From NCBI GenBank assembly GCA_963711635.1, contig CAVQEZ010000011.1, positions 61,832 to 125,831 of the forward strand: 64,000 bases of DNA, given 5' to 3'. The stretch is from an uncultured Pseudomonadota bacterium. Its GTDB lineage: Bacteria > Pseudomonadota > Gammaproteobacteria > Steroidobacterales > Steroidobacteraceae. Shown here piece by piece: positions 9,994 through 20,465 of the stretch (position 1 is the stretch's first letter; each line of letters starts with the position of its first letter). Position numbers and translations under genes: made by a program. Under the pieces are notes generated by a model. It had not been told where the DNA came from and did no database searches. It saw only the letters and a program-made list of their open reading frames with translations.

Positions 9994-11686
9994 ATGGCTG
10001 ATTCGACTAAGCGCGCAGGACTCACCCGGCGCGAGGCGCTCATTCTTTCTTCTACTGCAGGCATCGGACTTGCGACGGCGAACTCCGTTGCCGCGTCAGA
10101 CAGCGTCAAGACGGCTGCTCACCAAGGCCCTGGAAATCTGACGACGCCACGCTCCGCAATCGCGAAAACGCAGTACGGCAAAGTGCGCGGCTACCTCGAC
10201 GGCGGCGTCTTCACCTTCAAAGGAATTCCGTACGGTCAGACAACCGCCGGTGAGAATCGATGGCTCCCTGCGAAACCGCCGACTCCGTGGACGGATGAAT
10301 ACCCCGCGTTGATCTACGGCGCGAACTGCCCGCAAACCTTGCACTCGTGGACGAGCATCGAACAAACGTTCATCCAGGATTGGGACGACGGTTGGCAGAG
10401 CGAGGACATGCTCAAGCTGAACATCTGGACGTCTATCATTAAGCGGCAAGCGCCCCGTGATGGTCTATTTCCACGGCGGTGGCCACAGCTTCGGCTCCTC
10501 GTACGAACTGCCGTCGCATGAAGGCGCGCAGATGGCGAGACATCACGATGTGGTGCAGGTCTCCGTCAATCATCGTCTGAACATTCTCGGGTTCTTCGAT
10601 GCGGCGGAGATCGGCGGATCGGCTTACGAAGATTCAGCAAACGTCGGGATGACGGATCTCGTCGCGGCATTGCGATGGGTCCACGAGAACATTGCCAACT
10701 TCGGCGGCGATCCCGATCGCGTCATGATCTACGGCCAATCCGGTGGCGGTTCGAAAGTGACGACGCTGATGGGCATGCCGTCGGCGGCAGGTTTGTTTCA
10801 TCGCGCGGCTGCGATGTCGGGTGGCGGTGGAAACATTCCGAGCCGCGAACAGCAACGCGAGCTCGCGCGATTGATGATGAAGGATCTCGGCCTCGCCCCG
10901 AATGACATTGGATCATTGCAGAAGATGGAGTGGTCGAAGCTGGTAGCGGCGGGCAACGCGGCGGCTGCCAAGATCAATCCCCCGGGGCCCGCAACGCCGG
11001 GCGCACCGGGCACGCCGCGAGTGGGCTGGTCACCCTGCGTCGATGGAAAGATCGTCAACATGCGCTCGTTCTTCGATGCCGCCCCCGAGATTTCGAAGAA
11101 CGTGCCGATGCTGATTGGCTCGACGAGCGAAGAAGGCAATCGCATGTCGCAACGGCCGACCGAAGAGGAGTGGCGTGCGAATCTCTCCAAGGCCTATGGA
11201 GAAGAGCAGGCGGGCGCCATTGTCACTGCACTCAAGAAGGCCTATCCGCAGAAGAAGATTCAAACGCTCTCTTATATATGCAGCGGCGCGCCGGGACTCA
11301 ACGGCCTGGCCATTCGCAACCGGGTGGTGCAGATGGCGGGGTTCAAGCACGCGCTCAACGCCGCACCGGCCTACACGTATTACTTCACGTGGCAGACACC
11401 GATCCTGGATGGCGTGCCGGGTGCGTGGCACACCGCCGAGCTTCAATTCTGCTTCGACAACACGAAGCGCTGCGAACAAGGCACCGGCAACACGCCCGAA
11501 GCGCAGGCGCTGGCGAAGAAGATGGCGTCCTCGTGGGCCAGGTTTGCGGCGACCGGCAATCCAAGTCTGCCCAAACTTACCTGGCAACCCAGCGATCCGA
11601 AAACAAATCGGACGATGATCTGGGACAACGACTGCCGCATGGTGGATGACCCTGAAGGGGAGGCTCGCAAGATCCTTCTTGCCTAA
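9994..11686 (+). pseudogene. Type-B carboxylesterase/lipase with a Tat signal; one extra base near 10435-10450
   Basis: Tat motif TRREALILSSTAGIGLA. LNIWT is in frame 1, then GKRPVMVYFHGGG and the IYGQSGGG nucleophile elbow are in frame 2. Confidence 0.8.
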
Positions 11687-11722
11687 TCGTGTGCAGCTGG
11701 TCGTGTGGGTAAGAGCCCCCTG

Positions 11723-13426
11723 TCAGCGGCGAGCCGGGAGCGCGATCTCGATCAGCTTCACCGACTGGCGAGGCATCACGAGATCCAATTGCACGCCACC
11801 GCCAGGGGTCCTTTGCACGCGGCGCGGAACGGGACGCATCTTCTCGGCTTCGTGCAGCTTCGCCACCTGCTCGGCCGAGGGCGATTGCGGCGAGCCCATG
11901 GCAAGCCATGCGGTGTAGGCATTGCCGGAGTGCTCGTCGATGGAATACTCGACCGCGCGCCCGATGCCCTGGTGGCGCGCGAGTCCATCGATCGTTAGCC
12001 GCACCGTGCGCCGGTCTTCGTAGCCGCCGGCCACGTCGTGGTAGTTCCACAGGAGGATCGCGAGGCGGGCCCGTGCGGTGTCGATGGCGGCGACCGCGCC
12101 GAGGTCGGGTTCACCGCGCACGCTGTCGGCGATGATGCCATCGACGGGAATCATCGCGGGCGCATCCACGGCGAGACGGTGGGCGGGCAGGCGGGAGAAC
12201 AGCTCGAAGGTGTTGAACACCGGCAGCGCCACCTCGTTGGTGGTGAGGGCACGCAAGCCGTTGAACCACGGCTGCTCGGAGAACGTGAAGGCCCACGAGA
12301 CCGCTCCCTGGAGGTTGCCGCCCGTGCGCGCCAGCAGGTCCTGCTTGCGCATGAACGACGCGGCGGTATAGGCGGCGAACTGCGAGGTGCGGCGATAGTC
12401 CCGTTCCGGATCGAGGGTCGCGGGGCAGCCGGCGCAGCCCTCCGGATCGGACTCGCCGATGTAAATAGGCAGCCGCGCGAACTCCGGGAAGCTCGCGATG
12501 ATGCGTCCGTACGTGTCGATGGTCTCGAGCTGGTTGCGCAGCTTCATTTCGACGCGCCCCTTCTCGTCGAGCCGCGTCGTGCCCTTGGCGTGAAAGGCGA
12601 CGAAGTCGAGCGGCGCGCCGACACCGCCGGTCGCCGCATTCCGGCCCGAGCGGCAATGCTCCAGGAACGCGCGCATGAATTCGTCGCCTTTCTTCCATCC
12701 TGGGTCGGTCACGTGCGGGCCGCCGACCCGCGCGTCCGGCAGCGCGCGTTTCACCGCGGCCGCGAAGTGGTCGTAAAGCCTGAAATATTCCTCCTTCGTG
12801 CCGCGCCAATACGGCGACTCGGGCTCGTTCCAGAGTTCCCAGAGCCAGCCGGAAGCGCGCGCCACGCCATAGCGCTCGCCGCTATGCCGCGCCCACGCTT
12901 CGATCAGGCCCTCCCACTTCCGGTAGTCCTTGGGTGGATAGAACGCGCCGCCGGTCACCATGTCGCGCGGCAAGCCGGTCTTCACGAGGGTGGGCGTATA
13001 GGGCCCGGAGTGCGACGACAGCGCCTGCGGCATGAAGCTCGCCTGCACGAACGGCTCGATGCCCGGACGGGTGAGCTCGTCCATGATCGCGTCGAGCCGC
13101 GTCCAGTCGTAGTGCGGCTTGCCGGCGGCGTCCTCGGTGTACACATGGGTGCTCGACCACTTGAGCGCGAGCGTGCCGTCGCCGCTGGTCAGCAGATGAT
13201 GGACGCGGATGCGGATCGGCTCATCAGCTGAGCGCGTTCAGCTTCTCAGCAGATGACGTCCCTCGCGGGTCAGCGTCGTGCCGGCTTCGTCGTAGCCGAA
13301 ATAGTTCCAGATGGGACGGATTTCGCCGACAGTACGGTCCGCGTGCACGGTGACCGGAACAGGCTGCGCACCGAGCGCCACACCGCAAACGAGGATCGAC
13401 GACGCGAGCCGGGGCATCATGTTCAT
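11723..13426 (-). pseudogene. Glycoside hydrolase family 39-like enzyme (beta-xylosidase type) interrupted at 13238-13240
   Basis: The signal peptide plus IWNYFGYDE N-terminus (13426-13241) runs into an in-frame TGA. The same frame then continues as ...IRIRVHHLLTSGDGTLALKWSSTHVYTED..., with WELWNEPE (acid/base) and IGESDPEG. Confidence 0.7.
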
Positions 13427-13541
13427 GACTGGGCAGCGTACCTCGATGCGAGGGCCAGGCCTATCGTCATGAGTGGCAATTTGGACGGGAACTCCTGGCA
13501 ACCCGTATCGATCTATGATCGAGCAACCCCAGGAGGGCTCG

Positions 13542-13844
13542 ATGCATCTCGACGAACCCCGCGCACGAATCGGCTACCGTGGCAGTGCAGTTTCCCGGGC
13601 CAAACTCCTTGCTTTGAAGGCGCTCGTAGTTCTCGGCGGCGCCGTGACGCTGGTGAGTGCATTCTTACTTTCCCTGGTATTCGTCGCGATCGGACTGGCC
13701 GTCGCGCTGACCGTCGGCGGATATCTATGGTGGCAAACGCGAGAGCTGCGCAGGCAGATGCGCGCACGGATGCAGGGGCAGCAGCAGTCTGCCGGCGATG
13801 TCATCGAAGGCGAAGTGATTTCGCCCGAACGAGATCGGCGCTGA
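13542..13844 (+). CDS. Small membrane protein, hypothetical
   Basis: AGGAGGG SD lies 5 nt before the ATG at 13542. Two hydrophobic helices are followed by a basic tail. Confidence 0.5.
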   Translation: MHLDEPRARIGYRGSAVSRAKLLALKALVVLGGAVTLVSAFLLSLVFVAIGLAVALTVGGYLWWQTRELRRQMRARMQGQQQSAGDVIEGEVISPERDRR

Positions 13845-13941
13845 ATTGTGGGCAGCGCCTGGCCGAGCTCGAGAAGTATTTTTCCAGCAGGTGTCGAAAC
13901 GAGCGTCCGCCGTTCGACCAATTAACTACAAGGAGAAACGC

Positions 13942-14319
13942 ATGTCCCGATACGTCGATGGATTCGTCCTGCCGGTCCCGAAGAAAAACCTCGCGCGCTA
14001 CCGCCGCGTCGCCCGCGTGGCAGGCAAAGTCTGGCGTGAGCACGGTGCCCTCGAATACGTCGAGTGCGTCGCCGACCAGCTCACCAGCAAGCACGAGGGC
14101 GAGACTTTCACCTCCCTCTTTCCGAAGCTCGCCAGGGCGAAGCCGGGCGAGGTGGTGGTGTTCGCCTGGATCACCTACAAGTCGAAGGCCGACCAGAAAC
14201 GCATCATGAAGAAGGTGATGGAGGATCCGCGCCTCTCCAAGATGATGGATCCCGCCAACATGCCCTTCGACATGCGCCGCATGGCCTGGGCCGGCTTCAA
14301 GCCAATTGTCGAAGCGTAG
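13942..14319 (+). CDS. DUF1428 family protein
   Basis: AGGAG SD. MSRYVDGFVLPVPKKNL...VVFAWITYKSKADQKRIMKKVMEDPR matches the DUF1428 pattern. Confidence 0.8.
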   Translation: MSRYVDGFVLPVPKKNLARYRRVARVAGKVWREHGALEYVECVADQLTSKHEGETFTSLFPKLARAKPGEVVVFAWITYKSKADQKRIMKKVMEDPRLSKMMDPANMPFDMRRMAWAGFKPIVEA

Positions 14320-14522
14320 TGGTGAATTTCGATCTTCAGCCATTTCCCGAAGAACGCGCCGCTTTGACTCCTTAGCCTAGCTTTCACTGAGCGGTGAGCC
14401 CGGCCGGGTGAGAGGACCCGGAGGCTTGGGAAGGAGCCACGGCGCCGGAAATTCGCTTTGGCGAATGCCGAGGACTAACATCCCCGCGTGTACCCGTTTT
14501 GGCCATGGGGTTGGGGGGCAAC

Positions 14523-16841
14523 ATGACGAAGAGCAACCATGTTCTTGGGGGATCGGCAGTCCTGCTTGCGGGGCTGAATATGGCGCAGGGCGCGGAGCCG
14601 CCCGTCGCTTCCGAGATCGAAGAAGTGATCGTTACGGCGCAGAAGCGCGAACAATCGCTAGCGGACGTCTCGATGGCAGTGACGGCGATCGGTGCGGACG
14701 AGCTGCTGAACACACAGACCCAAACGCTCGAATCTCTGCAGTACCTCGTCCCCAGCATCAGCTTCGGACACGATTTCAATTTCGCGAAATTGTTCATTCG
14801 CGGCATTGGGTTGAACAGCTCTTTTCCGGGCGCCGATCCGTCCGTCGCGTTTAGTGTCGACGGCGCGGTGATTGCCCAGGCCGGCGCGCAGATGAGCGCC
14901 ATGTTCGACTTGGACCGCGTCGAGGTGCTGCGCGGCCCGCAGGGGACACTCTACGGCCGCAATGCCACGGGCGGTGTGGTCAATCTGATCACGGCCAAGC
15001 CGACCGATGAGCTGGACGGCTACGCGCGACTCACGGCGGCAGGCGAGGACCTGGAGATGCTGGGGGAGGCGGCAATCGGCGGACCGATCACCGACAACCT
15101 GCGCGCACGCCTGGCCCTCCGTTACCTGGATCGCGAAGGCTACGCCGTCAATGAGCTGACCGGTGCCGACGTCGACGATGCCAAGCAATACTCGGGACGG
15201 CTGTCTGTGCAATACCTGGCGGGCGAGACCTTCGAGTTTCTGCTGACCGGCGAATACCACCGCGAGGACGATGCCTCGAACGCCCTGAAGTTCCGCGAGG
15301 CGTCCTTCCCGACCGCAACCGCGCCGGCACCTGGGGGCGTGGACCTGCGTTCGCTCGCGATCCAGCCTGGCTTCTCGGTGGCCAGCGATCCGCGCAACAT
15401 CCGCGCGAACGTCGAACCCATCAACGACCGCACGACCTATGCCACCACGCTCACCGCGAAATGGAATCTCAACGATACCCTGTCGCTCACGTCGATCACC
15501 AATCAGCGCGACTACGAAGCGGAGTTCTATCAGGACTTTGATGTGTCGGACTATCCAGGCTGCCGGCAGCCGCTGGTCGGCCCGACCAGCACCTGCACGC
15601 TTGCCCCGGGCATCACGCGCACGGCCGGCAATCACTGGCAGCCGCTCTATCAACATCAGTTCTCCGAAGAGCTGCAGTTCAACTTCGACACCGATCGCCT
15701 GCACGGTCTGCTGGCTGGCTACTACCTGAAGGAATACATCCGGATCGAGAATCACCTTGGGTTCAATCCCAATCCGTACTTCAGCAGCAATCCGGCCGAC
15801 GCCCGTGCGATCTTCGATGGAGCGATGAACGTCATGACCTGGGCCGTATTCGGCAACGTCACGTATGACTTCACCGACAGGTTCTCGCTCAAGGCCGGTG
15901 GCCGTTACAGCTACGAGGAGCGCGACGTCGCCAGCTACCAGGCCACCGCGATTCCGCCGGCGGCGGCACCGGCGCCGTCGCCACTGGGTTACCCGTTCCG
16001 CCGCGCCAAGGACTGGGACAATTTTTCGCCGCAGCTTGGTTTCGAGTTCCGTCCGCGGGAAGGACTCTTGACCTATTTGACCTACGCCGAGGGATTCAAG
16101 AGCGGCACATCGGTCATTGGCGAGGCCGGCAAGGAATTCGTCGATCCGGAGATAGTGGACAGCATCGAACTGGGTGTGAAATCGACGCTGCTCGACAACC
16201 GGCTGCAGCTCAATGTCGCCGTCTTCTACCACGAGGTGGAGGATGCGCAGTTCCAGTTCACCTTCCCGCAGGCGGCGCCACCCAACTTCACCACCGAGAT
16301 GCGCAACGCGGCGCAGGTCGAGGGCAAGGGCGTCGAGCTCGACGCCTCGTGGCGGTCCGGGGCGGGTTTCGCGCTCGATACGTCTGTTGCCTGGCTCGAT
16401 TCGAAGTTCACGGAATTCTTCGCGCCGAATCCGCTGGACGCGGCCAGCTACAGCGCGGCTCCCGGACAGGCGCCATTGCAGGATTTGAGCGGCAATACGA
16501 CCCGTATGTCGCCGGAATGGACCGCCACCATCCGCCCGTCATATGAGTTCTCGCTCGGCAATGGCAGCACTCTGGGATTGGCAGCCAACGCGATCTACAA
16601 GAGCAAGCAGTACCACGCGGAGTTCAACGACGAACGAATGTCCTCCGGGGACTACACGATCGTCGATGCCAACCTGCTTTACACGTCGCCGGGTGAGCGA
16701 TACACCGTCAACCTGTGGGGCAAGAACCTCACCGACGAATTCGTCTGGGCGGGAAGTTATGCCGTGGCGAGTACTCGGACTATCGGCGGCACTCTGCTGC
16801 CGCCGCGCACTTACGGTTTGACGATGAGCGTGAGGTTCTGA
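14523..16841 (+). CDS. TonB-dependent receptor
   Basis: Plug motifs EEVIVTAQKREQSLADV and RVEVLRGPQGTLYGRNATGGVVNLIT. C-terminal beta-barrel ends in ...TYGLTMSVRF. Confidence 0.9.
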   Translation: MTKSNHVLGGSAVLLAGLNMAQGAEPPVASEIEEVIVTAQKREQSLADVSMAVTAIGADELLNTQTQTLESLQYLVPSISFGHDFNFAKLFIRGIGLNSSFPGADPSVAFSVDGAVIAQAGAQMSAMFDLDRVEVLRGPQGTLYGRNATGGVVNLITAKPTDELDGYARLTAAGEDLEMLGEAAIGGPITDNLRARLALRYLDREGYAVNELTGADVDDAKQYSGRLSVQYLAGETFEFLLTGEYHREDDASNALKFREASFPTATAPAPGGVDLRSLAIQPGFSVASDPRNIRANVEPINDRTTYATTLTAKWNLNDTLSLTSITNQRDYEAEFYQDFDVSDYPGCRQPLVGPTSTCTLAPGITRTAGNHWQPLYQHQFSEELQFNFDTDRLHGLLAGYYLKEYIRIENHLGFNPNPYFSSNPADARAIFDGAMNVMTWAVFGNVTYDFTDRFSLKAGGRYSYEERDVASYQATAIPPAAAPAPSPLGYPFRRAKDWDNFSPQLGFEFRPREGLLTYLTYAEGFKSGTSVIGEAGKEFVDPEIVDSIELGVKSTLLDNRLQLNVAVFYHEVEDAQFQFTFPQAAPPNFTTEMRNAAQVEGKGVELDASWRSGAGFALDTSVAWLDSKFTEFFAPNPLDAASYSAAPGQAPLQDLSGNTTRMSPEWTATIRPSYEFSLGNGSTLGLAANAIYKSKQYHAEFNDERMSSGDYTIVDANLLYTSPGERYTVNLWGKNLTDEFVWAGSYAVASTRTIGGTLLPPRTYGLTMSVRF

Positions 16842-16901
16842 TTCTCGGTCGCGCCTGAATTCAGTCAGCCGCGGCTCAGCGTTCGATCCGCTGCAATGAC
16901 A

Positions 16902-16929
16902 ACGAGCGGTCCCGCAATGGACCGCTCGT
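16902..16929. terminator. GC-rich hairpin between convergent genes (possible bidirectional terminator)
   Basis: Perfect 11-bp stem ACGAGCGGTCC / GGACCGCTCGT with a 6-nt loop. Only a weak T tract follows. Confidence 0.4.
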
Positions 16930-16944
16930 TTGCGCCCTGCGCGA

Positions 16945-17412
16945 TCAACCGTGTTTATCGGGTCGCGTGACAGGAGGCTGCACGGACCACTCCGCAGGAT
17001 GGTCATCCTGATCCGCCTGATCTTCTTCGAAACTCTTGTGGATCTTGCCGGGCTTGTGGTGCGCAGGTGCGTAGATCGCGTAGATCTGCATCGGCTCATC
17101 GCCGATGTTCGTGACGTTGTGCCAGGTGCCTGCGGGCACGAGAATGCACCAACCGTCGGATACTTCCTTGTCAAATGTGAGCTGATCCTTTCTCGGTCCC
17201 ATTTGCACGCGGCCGCGGCCGCCATCGAGGCGCAGAAACTGATCCGTGTCCGGGTGCGCTTCGAGTCCGATGTCGCTGCCGACGGCAATCGACATCAATG
17301 TGACCTGCAAGTATCGGCCGCTCCAGGCCACGGTTCGATAGTTGTCGTTCTCGAGCGTCGCTTGCTCAAGATCAAACGACTGCGGCTGCGGACCGATGTC
17401 CTTGATGGTCAT
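16945..17412 (-). CDS. Cupin domain protein
   Basis: GLEAHPDTDQFLRLDGGRG...VPAGTWHNVTN cupin motifs. GGGAGAG SD. Confidence 0.75.
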   Translation of the reverse strand: MTIKDIGPQPQSFDLEQATLENDNYRTVAWSGRYLQVTLMSIAVGSDIGLEAHPDTDQFLRLDGGRGRVQMGPRKDQLTFDKEVSDGWCILVPAGTWHNVTNIGDEPMQIYAIYAPAHHKPGKIHKSFEEDQADQDDHPAEWSVQPPVTRPDKHG

Positions 17413-17713
17413 ACAATCTCTCCCGGAAATATCGCCAGTAGTTCCAGCGCGCGCACACTTCCTCACACTCGCTTCGTCAGGGCCATCAGCGCCTGCGCGA
17501 TCTGCTCATACTTTGAGGTGTAGCGGCTGTAGGAAGGTCGCTACGGTCCATCCAAAGCGCGAGGATCTCATTGTCGCGCCAGCCGAGGGTGGAGGGGCAG
17601 GCGGATTGATCTCCTGCGGATTCGTCACCTCGTAAACATCGGCATCGCGGCCCACTTCCGGGAAACATCGCACCTCGCTTGAGGGCGTTCGCGCGCCAGC
17701 GCATAGTCGCCTC

Positions 17714-18703
17714 ATGGCGCGCATCCTCAAAGTCGTGACCGTGGCTTTGTTAGTCGCAGGTCCGGCTTGGATGGCCGTGCCGGCGAGCGCTTGCGAACCC
17801 CTTGCCCCAGGTACGTCGAGCGTCACCGGCGCAACCAGCAACGACTCCGCGGGGCGCGCCGTTGCGCTCATCAACATCAACGGTCAGGGTCCATTCCGCT
17901 TCATCATCGACACCGGCGCCAATCGCTCGGTGCTCTCCCAGGCGCTGGCCACGCGCCTTGGACTCGCGCATACGGGCGAAGGCCTGGTGCATTCGGTCGA
18001 CGGCGCAGAGCTCGCCAAGCTGGTGAATGTCGAATCACTCTCGTTCGGCGCTCTTCACCTCTCGGGCGGCGACACGCCAGTGCTCGACGGGCCCATGCTG
18101 GACGGCGAGCATGGGCTGCTCGGCGTCGACGGCATGGCGGGACGCCTGCTGCACGTCGATTTCACAAAGTATTGCGTGCAGATCTACGAGAGTGCCGCGC
18201 AGATGCAAATGCAAGACTGGTCGAGCGTGCCCGCGCGCATGCGCTTCGGCTCGCTGTTGATGGTCCAGGGCAAGATCATGGACGTGCGCGTCAACGTGCT
18301 GATCGACACCGGCTCCGACATCTCGCTCGCCAACCAGAGTTTTCGCGATGCGTTGCGCAACGTCGCCGCCCGTTCGATCGAGTATCACAACGGTCACGCC
18401 TTTACTTTCGGGCGCCCCATCGTGCTTGCGGAGCGTGTCTGGACGCCGCGTTTGCACCTTGGCCGCACCATCGTCGACAGCGTGAACGCGTACATAGGCG
18501 ATTTTCACATCTTCGATGTCTGGGGCCTGCAGGATCAGCCGACCCTGCTCATCGGCATGGATGTGCTCGCGCGCTCGCGCGAAATGGCGATCGACTACGA
18601 GCGCGGCATCGTGCATTTCCGCAAGCCGCCCCGCGGCGACCGCCGGGGCGCACGCCAGGGGTTTGAGGGAAGCCGTGACGTTGTGAGACGTCAAGCACAT
18701 TGA
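17714..18703 (+). CDS. Secreted retropepsin-like (clan AA) aspartic protease with two DTG lobes in one chain
   Basis: Has a signal peptide. FIIDTGANRSV (D at nt 17909) and VLIDTGSDISL (D at nt 18305). Confidence 0.7.
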   Translation: MARILKVVTVALLVAGPAWMAVPASACEPLAPGTSSVTGATSNDSAGRAVALININGQGPFRFIIDTGANRSVLSQALATRLGLAHTGEGLVHSVDGAELAKLVNVESLSFGALHLSGGDTPVLDGPMLDGEHGLLGVDGMAGRLLHVDFTKYCVQIYESAAQMQMQDWSSVPARMRFGSLLMVQGKIMDVRVNVLIDTGSDISLANQSFRDALRNVAARSIEYHNGHAFTFGRPIVLAERVWTPRLHLGRTIVDSVNAYIGDFHIFDVWGLQDQPTLLIGMDVLARSREMAIDYERGIVHFRKPPRGDRRGARQGFEGSRDVVRRQAH

Positions 18704-18718
18704 CGGAGCCCTTCTTGC

Positions 18719-20371
18719 CTAGTTGGGCTTGCTGCGACGCAGGTAGTGCACCGGATAACTTTCCGGCAGCGGCGTCACGTGGTTCTCTGCCGCCCACGTA
18801 TCCCACTTCTTCGCGAGGGACGCGACCCGCTGCGGTTGCTGGTCGGAGAGGTCGTCGATCTCGGTGCGATCGCGCTCCATGTCGTAAAGTTTCCAGGGCT
18901 CTCCGCGCAGCGCGGTCAGCTTGTAGCGCCCTTCACGGACGGCCCGGGTGCCTTCGTGCTCGAAGTACAGCGTTCGTTCGGGCAGTTTTTCCCCGCGCAG
19001 CGCGGGCATGAGGCTGGTTCCCGCCATCGGCGGGATCAGACGTGAGCCCAGTCGTTCCGGATATTCGGCCCCGGAGACTTCGACGAGGGTTGGCATCAGA
19101 TCGATGAGGTGAACCGGCGCATTCTCGAGCGCGTTGCGGCGCCGGAATCCGGCGGGCCAGTGCACCAGGCAGGGCGTGCTGATGCCGCCTTCGTGCGAAT
19201 AATGCTTGTACATCCGCCAAGGCGTGTTCGACGCATTCGCCCAGCCCGATCCGACGCTGTGGTAGGTGCTCCGGCTGCCCATGCGCGCGAGGTCGTCGCC
19301 ACGATGCAGCACGTTGTTAGGGCTCGAGCTGACGTCGAAGCCGAACGGATCCCATTCGGCGCACGCGCCGTTGTCGCTCAGGAACAGGATGAGCGTGTCG
19401 TCCAGCTCGCCCCTGGCACGCAAATCCGCGGTCACGCGCCCGATGTTCTGGTCCATGCGATCGATCATCGCCGCGTAGATCGCCATGCGCATCGCGAGAT
19501 CCGCGCGGCGGTCTTCCGGGAGGCTGTCCCACGCGGGGTTCTGGGCGGTGACGATCTCGCCATGATTGGTGTACTTCGAGCGCGGCGAGAGGCGCGTACC
19601 TTTGGACACGAGCCGAAGCCGCTTCATTCGCGCGAGGCGCTCCTGTCGCAGCACGTCCCATCCCGAGGCGTACCGGGTGCGATATTTGGCGATGTCCTCG
19701 GAGCGCGCGTGCAGCGGAAAGTGCGGCGCGTGAAAAGCCAGGTACAGAAACCAGGGCTGATCAGGCGTCGTGCGGGCGTCGGCCAGAAAATCCAGCGCGT
19801 AGTCGGTCAGCGCGTCGGTGCCATAGAAGGTATCCGGGTCGTAGCTTCGGGGACGGCTTCCCTGCGGAAGGCGCAGGTACTGCGCGGAGTCCCAGAACGA
19901 TTGCGCGCTGATGAGCGTGCCGAACCACTGCTCGAAGCCATGACGCGTGGGATCGGGAGTTCCTACGTGCCACTTGCCGGACATGAAGGTCCGGTAGCCG
20001 GCCGGCCTCAGAACTTCGGCCAGCGTCGCGGCATTTTCGGAAAGTCGTCCGCGATACCCCGGATGCCCGAGGTCGGTGACCATGTGGCCGACGCCCACCT
20101 TGTGCGGATACTGCCCGGTGAGCAGGCTCGCCCGCGAGGGACAGCATCGGGCGGTGGTGTAGAACTGCGTGAACCGCAGTCCGTTGGCCGCCAGCGAGTC
20201 CAGGACGGGTGTGTCGATCTCGCCGCCGTAACTGCCGAGATCGCTGTACCCGAGGTCGTCGGCAACGATCAGCAGGATGTTCGGCCGGCGCCGGCCGGGG
20301 GCCCCCAATCCAGTCGCCGCAGCGGAAAGTGCGAGGAACTCGCGCCGATTCAGAAGGTTCGGCTTGCTCAT
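18719..20371 (-). CDS. Arylsulfatase (type I sulfatase) with a Tat signal
   Basis: NRREFLALSAAATGLGA Tat signal. LIVADDLGYSD. The CCPSRASLLTG motif fits CxPxR, the formylglycine target. Confidence 0.9.
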   Translation of the reverse strand: MSKPNLLNRREFLALSAAATGLGAPGRRRPNILLIVADDLGYSDLGSYGGEIDTPVLDSLAANGLRFTQFYTTARCCPSRASLLTGQYPHKVGVGHMVTDLGHPGYRGRLSENAATLAEVLRPAGYRTFMSGKWHVGTPDPTRHGFEQWFGTLISAQSFWDSAQYLRLPQGSRPRSYDPDTFYGTDALTDYALDFLADARTTPDQPWFLYLAFHAPHFPLHARSEDIAKYRTRYASGWDVLRQERLARMKRLRLVSKGTRLSPRSKYTNHGEIVTAQNPAWDSLPEDRRADLAMRMAIYAAMIDRMDQNIGRVTADLRARGELDDTLILFLSDNGACAEWDPFGFDVSSSPNNVLHRGDDLARMGSRSTYHSVGSGWANASNTPWRMYKHYSHEGGISTPCLVHWPAGFRRRNALENAPVHLIDLMPTLVEVSGAEYPERLGSRLIPPMAGTSLMPALRGEKLPERTLYFEHEGTRAVREGRYKLTALRGEPWKLYDMERDRTEIDDLSDQQPQRVASLAKKWDTWAAENHVTPLPESYPVHYLRRSKPN

Positions 20372-20465
20372 GACCACCTCATCGAGTCCAGGGCGGATGC
20401 ATCGACCCCGCCATAGTATGTATGACCCGTGAGCTCCGCGAGCGTCCAGTAGCTGGAGCGTCCCG

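Noticed and set aside
13238-13240. The in-frame TGA in the GH39 gene read as selenocysteine.
   Set aside because: I can see no SECIS-like hairpin directly downstream, and selA/selB/selD are absent from the window. GH39 enzymes are not selenoproteins. SelO nearby is an AMPylase and is unrelated to Sec insertion.
14658-16232. 524-aa ORF on the minus strand.
   Set aside because: It is antisense to a TonB-dependent receptor that has clear family motifs. The Arg/Ala/Gly-rich translation is typical of shadow ORFs in high-GC DNA.
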